Shown here: positions 63,101-64,000 of the stretch, one piece after another
How the letters are laid out: every line of letters starts with the position of its first letter
How positions within the stretch are numbered: position 1 is the first letter of the stretch
Assembly (NCBI GenBank): GCA_025359505.1
Contig: JANYHH010000005.1
Coordinates: forward strand, 14,376 to 78,375
Source of the DNA: Deinococcales bacterium
Lineage (GTDB): Bacteria; Deinococcota; Deinococci; Deinococcales; JAAFIG01
DNA: 64,000 nt
Reading direction: 5' to 3'
The notes under the pieces: model-generated
Told to the model about the DNA's origin: nothing
Seen by the model: the letters and a program-made list of their open reading frames with translations, nothing else
The model's database searches: none
Made by a program: the position numbers and the translations under genes

Positions 63101-64000
63101 TCTGGTACTTGCGCTTGCTGCCGATGGGAAGCTCGAGGTTGCACATCTCCGCAATCGCAAAAGTGTTGTCGTACAGCTCATCGCCCCACTCACTGCTGGG
63201 CAGCATCGCCTCGAGTTCCGCCGCGCTTTTAACGTAAAAGTCATTGCACGGGAATTTGAAGCGGTCTTCTTCGGACATCAGCGCTTTGGTCTGAATCGCC
63301 AGCAGCACCTCGTGCGCGTAGGCATCGTCGGATTTGACGTAATGTCCGTCGTTGGTGGCGACCATGCCGATGCCGTACTTCTTCGCCCACGCTTTCAAGA
63401 CTGGATTGACTTTTTGCTGCTCGGGCAAACCGTGGTTCTGGATTTCAATGAAGTAATTCTCCCGAAACGTCTCCAAGTACCAGCGCAGCCGCTCCTCGGC
63501 ATCCTCGAGTCGGTCGTTGAGAATCATGTTCGGGACTTCCGCGCCGAGGCAACCGCTCATCGCGATGATGCCCTGACGGTGAATCGCCAGCACCTCGCGG
63601 TCGATGCGCGGCTTGACGTAGAACCCCTCGAGATACGCCAGCGACGCGAGTTTGCAGAGGTTTTGATAACCCTGAAAGTCCTTGGCTAAAAGCGTGAGGT
63701 GGTAGTAGCCGCCCTCCATGCCCTTGGAGTTGTTGCGGCTGATGCGATCCAACCTCGAGCCAGCCGAGACGTAAGCTTCGTAGCCGATGATCGGCTTGAC
63801 GCCGTACTCGGTGGCGTACTTGTAAAACTGCACCGCGCCGTGCATGTTGCCGTGATCGGTCATCGCTACCGCTGGGTTATCCGAAGAGGTCTTCGCCACC
63901 CATTTCAGCAAGTCTTTAATCCGCGCCGCGCCGTCCAGCAAGCTGTACTGCGTGTGCTGATGCAAATGCGCGAAGCGACGCGGGGGCGTTAAAACGGTCT
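60105..64000 (-). CDS. dnaE: DNA polymerase III alpha subunit; the reading frame is still open at the window edge, so the true start is probably just beyond 64000
   Basis: The PHP domain is HLHQHTQYSLLDGA, followed by ...GPGRGSGAGSLVAYAL.ITN.DP, FNKSHSAAYA and an OB fold. The frame continues upstream of the ORF-track start as ..TPPRRFAHLHQ. Confidence 0.95.
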   Translation of the reverse strand, partial: TVLTPPRRFAHLHQHTQYSLLDGAARIKDLLKWVAKTSSDNPAVAMTDHGNMHGAVQFYKYATEYGVKPIIGYEAYVSAGSRLDRISRNNSKGMEGGYYHLTLLAKDFQGYQNLCKLASLAYLEGFYVKPRIDREVLAIHRQGIIAMSGCLGAEVPNMILNDRLEDAEERLRWYLETFRENYFIEIQNHGLPEQQKVNPVLKAWAKKYGIGMVATNDGHYVKSDDAYAHEVLLAIQTKALMSEEDRFKFPCNDFYVKSAAELEAMLPSSEWGDELYDNTFAIAEMCNLELPIGSKRKYQMPALPIPEGRSMAEELRVQVYRGTQARYSDVFTLALLREYASVSLGHLEPDRRAEVLRRAGVRPLEASLEQMYLLLAFLGSEWVELGLETAAKYTPYPALDQLEADSSERLGQGLVVLRRAEYESGVIIRMGFPDYFLIVADFINWAKGQGIRVGPGRGSGAGSLVAYALRITNLDPLRYGLLFERFLNPDRVSMPDFDVDFSDTRRNEVINYVRDKYGDDKVAMISTYGTMSSRACFKDVARVLELPYQEADKLSKLVPVVFGRALSLEKARETVPDIQKMLDESKNARKVFEIAQNLEGLTRHSSVHASGVIIGRERLDNLVPLMRAGGDEGVVCQYDMNSVEDIGLIKMDFLGLRTLSFLEEAVRIIKDSKGISLEPDDFPLDDEKAYEVVSRGETKGIFQLEGGGITDAARKLKPRRIEDINALSALYRPGPMENIPAYIERHHGREAVRYDAGEFNLPTCEPLLRPILEETYGIPVYQEQIMQIASAVAGYSLGQSDLLRRAMGKKKLEEMEKERIKFVSGAKEANKIPKDESERLFGILEKFANYGFNKSHSAAYAFISFQTAYIKAHYPVEFMAALLTVERRNSEKVAEYINDARQTRLESGALIQVLPPDINRSNPDFKVQGDQILFGLFAVKGLGEESVLQLLEERERGGNFKSLANFCSRMHGAGVNRRSLENLVKAGAFDAFGAREAVLESAEEALEYAAGQASMANQGMDSLFGMALVAPEPKLRVLPAPRDEEEARARAIQALQFEKEAVGLYISGHPLEHYPGMLEAASCRVPQIEGWFRTSSAPVGYKGRKRAVLVGMISGIQRKPTKSGGMMARFVLTDDVGAAELVAFSRAYDKINPKLQEDSPALVIVEIEPDGDEGVRVTVEELVLYEDAKDLPKILALEVNLAVVSPDVFSTLDDLLQVQEGVQNIPIRVRVVSADGYEDWELAQRATLETLERLKITCAWLKIGLGIDGDKVLAKYAPAPKPWEQRGGSSQGQRSVN

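Overview
This is a roughly 60-65% G+C bacterial chromosomal segment. The protein repertoire (DinB-family protein, DUF305, CdaA/CdaR, HrpB, and a DnaE N-terminus reading RFAHLHQHTQYSLLDG) suggests a Deinococcus-Thermus-type organism, which is inference only.

The left third (about 1-22.75 kb) is accessory or mobile DNA:
- a type I R-M methylase fragment, a TraX-family protein and a VapBC pair;
- a long + strand operon of translationally coupled genes around a 1545-aa methyltransferase-SNF2 helicase fusion, followed by a ParB-like protein and a DUF932 protein;
- a lower-GC divergon holding a TPR/SARP-like regulator opposite a 592-aa protein, a small lipoprotein and an S41 peptidase. The peptidase is split by a 46-bp AT-rich perfect palindrome;
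- an excisionase and tyrosine integrase abutting the 3' end of tRNA-Gln(UUG).

The right two-thirds look like core genome:
- AraC regulator, MFS transporter, MSOX/SolA-like oxidase, CtpA, two paralogous RDD membrane proteins, glnA, hrpB, rpsT, deoC, cdaA-cdaR and ndk;
- a copper homeostasis cluster (copA, copZ, csoR, DUF305, DUF326, and a response regulator/histidine kinase pair);
- apaG, a long U32 peptidase, a Lys/Ala/Pro-rich histone-like protein and dnaE, which runs off the right edge.

The signals I consider most worth a second look:
- the palindromic hexamer CTCGAG is over-represented by more than tenfold, in all reading frames and in spacers;
- the leading-region-like island operon has many unknown coupled ORFs;
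- three perfect DnaA boxes cluster in a convergent intergenic spacer;
- a 38% G+C patch sits inside the most conserved part of dnaE;
- several short motifs recur in intergenic DNA (TGCGCGACAC, GCTTTACAC, and a shared 17-mer in the copA/copZ divergon);
- AT-rich palindromes and GC-rich REP-like elements are present.

I saw no CRISPR array, no rRNA and no reverse transcriptase.
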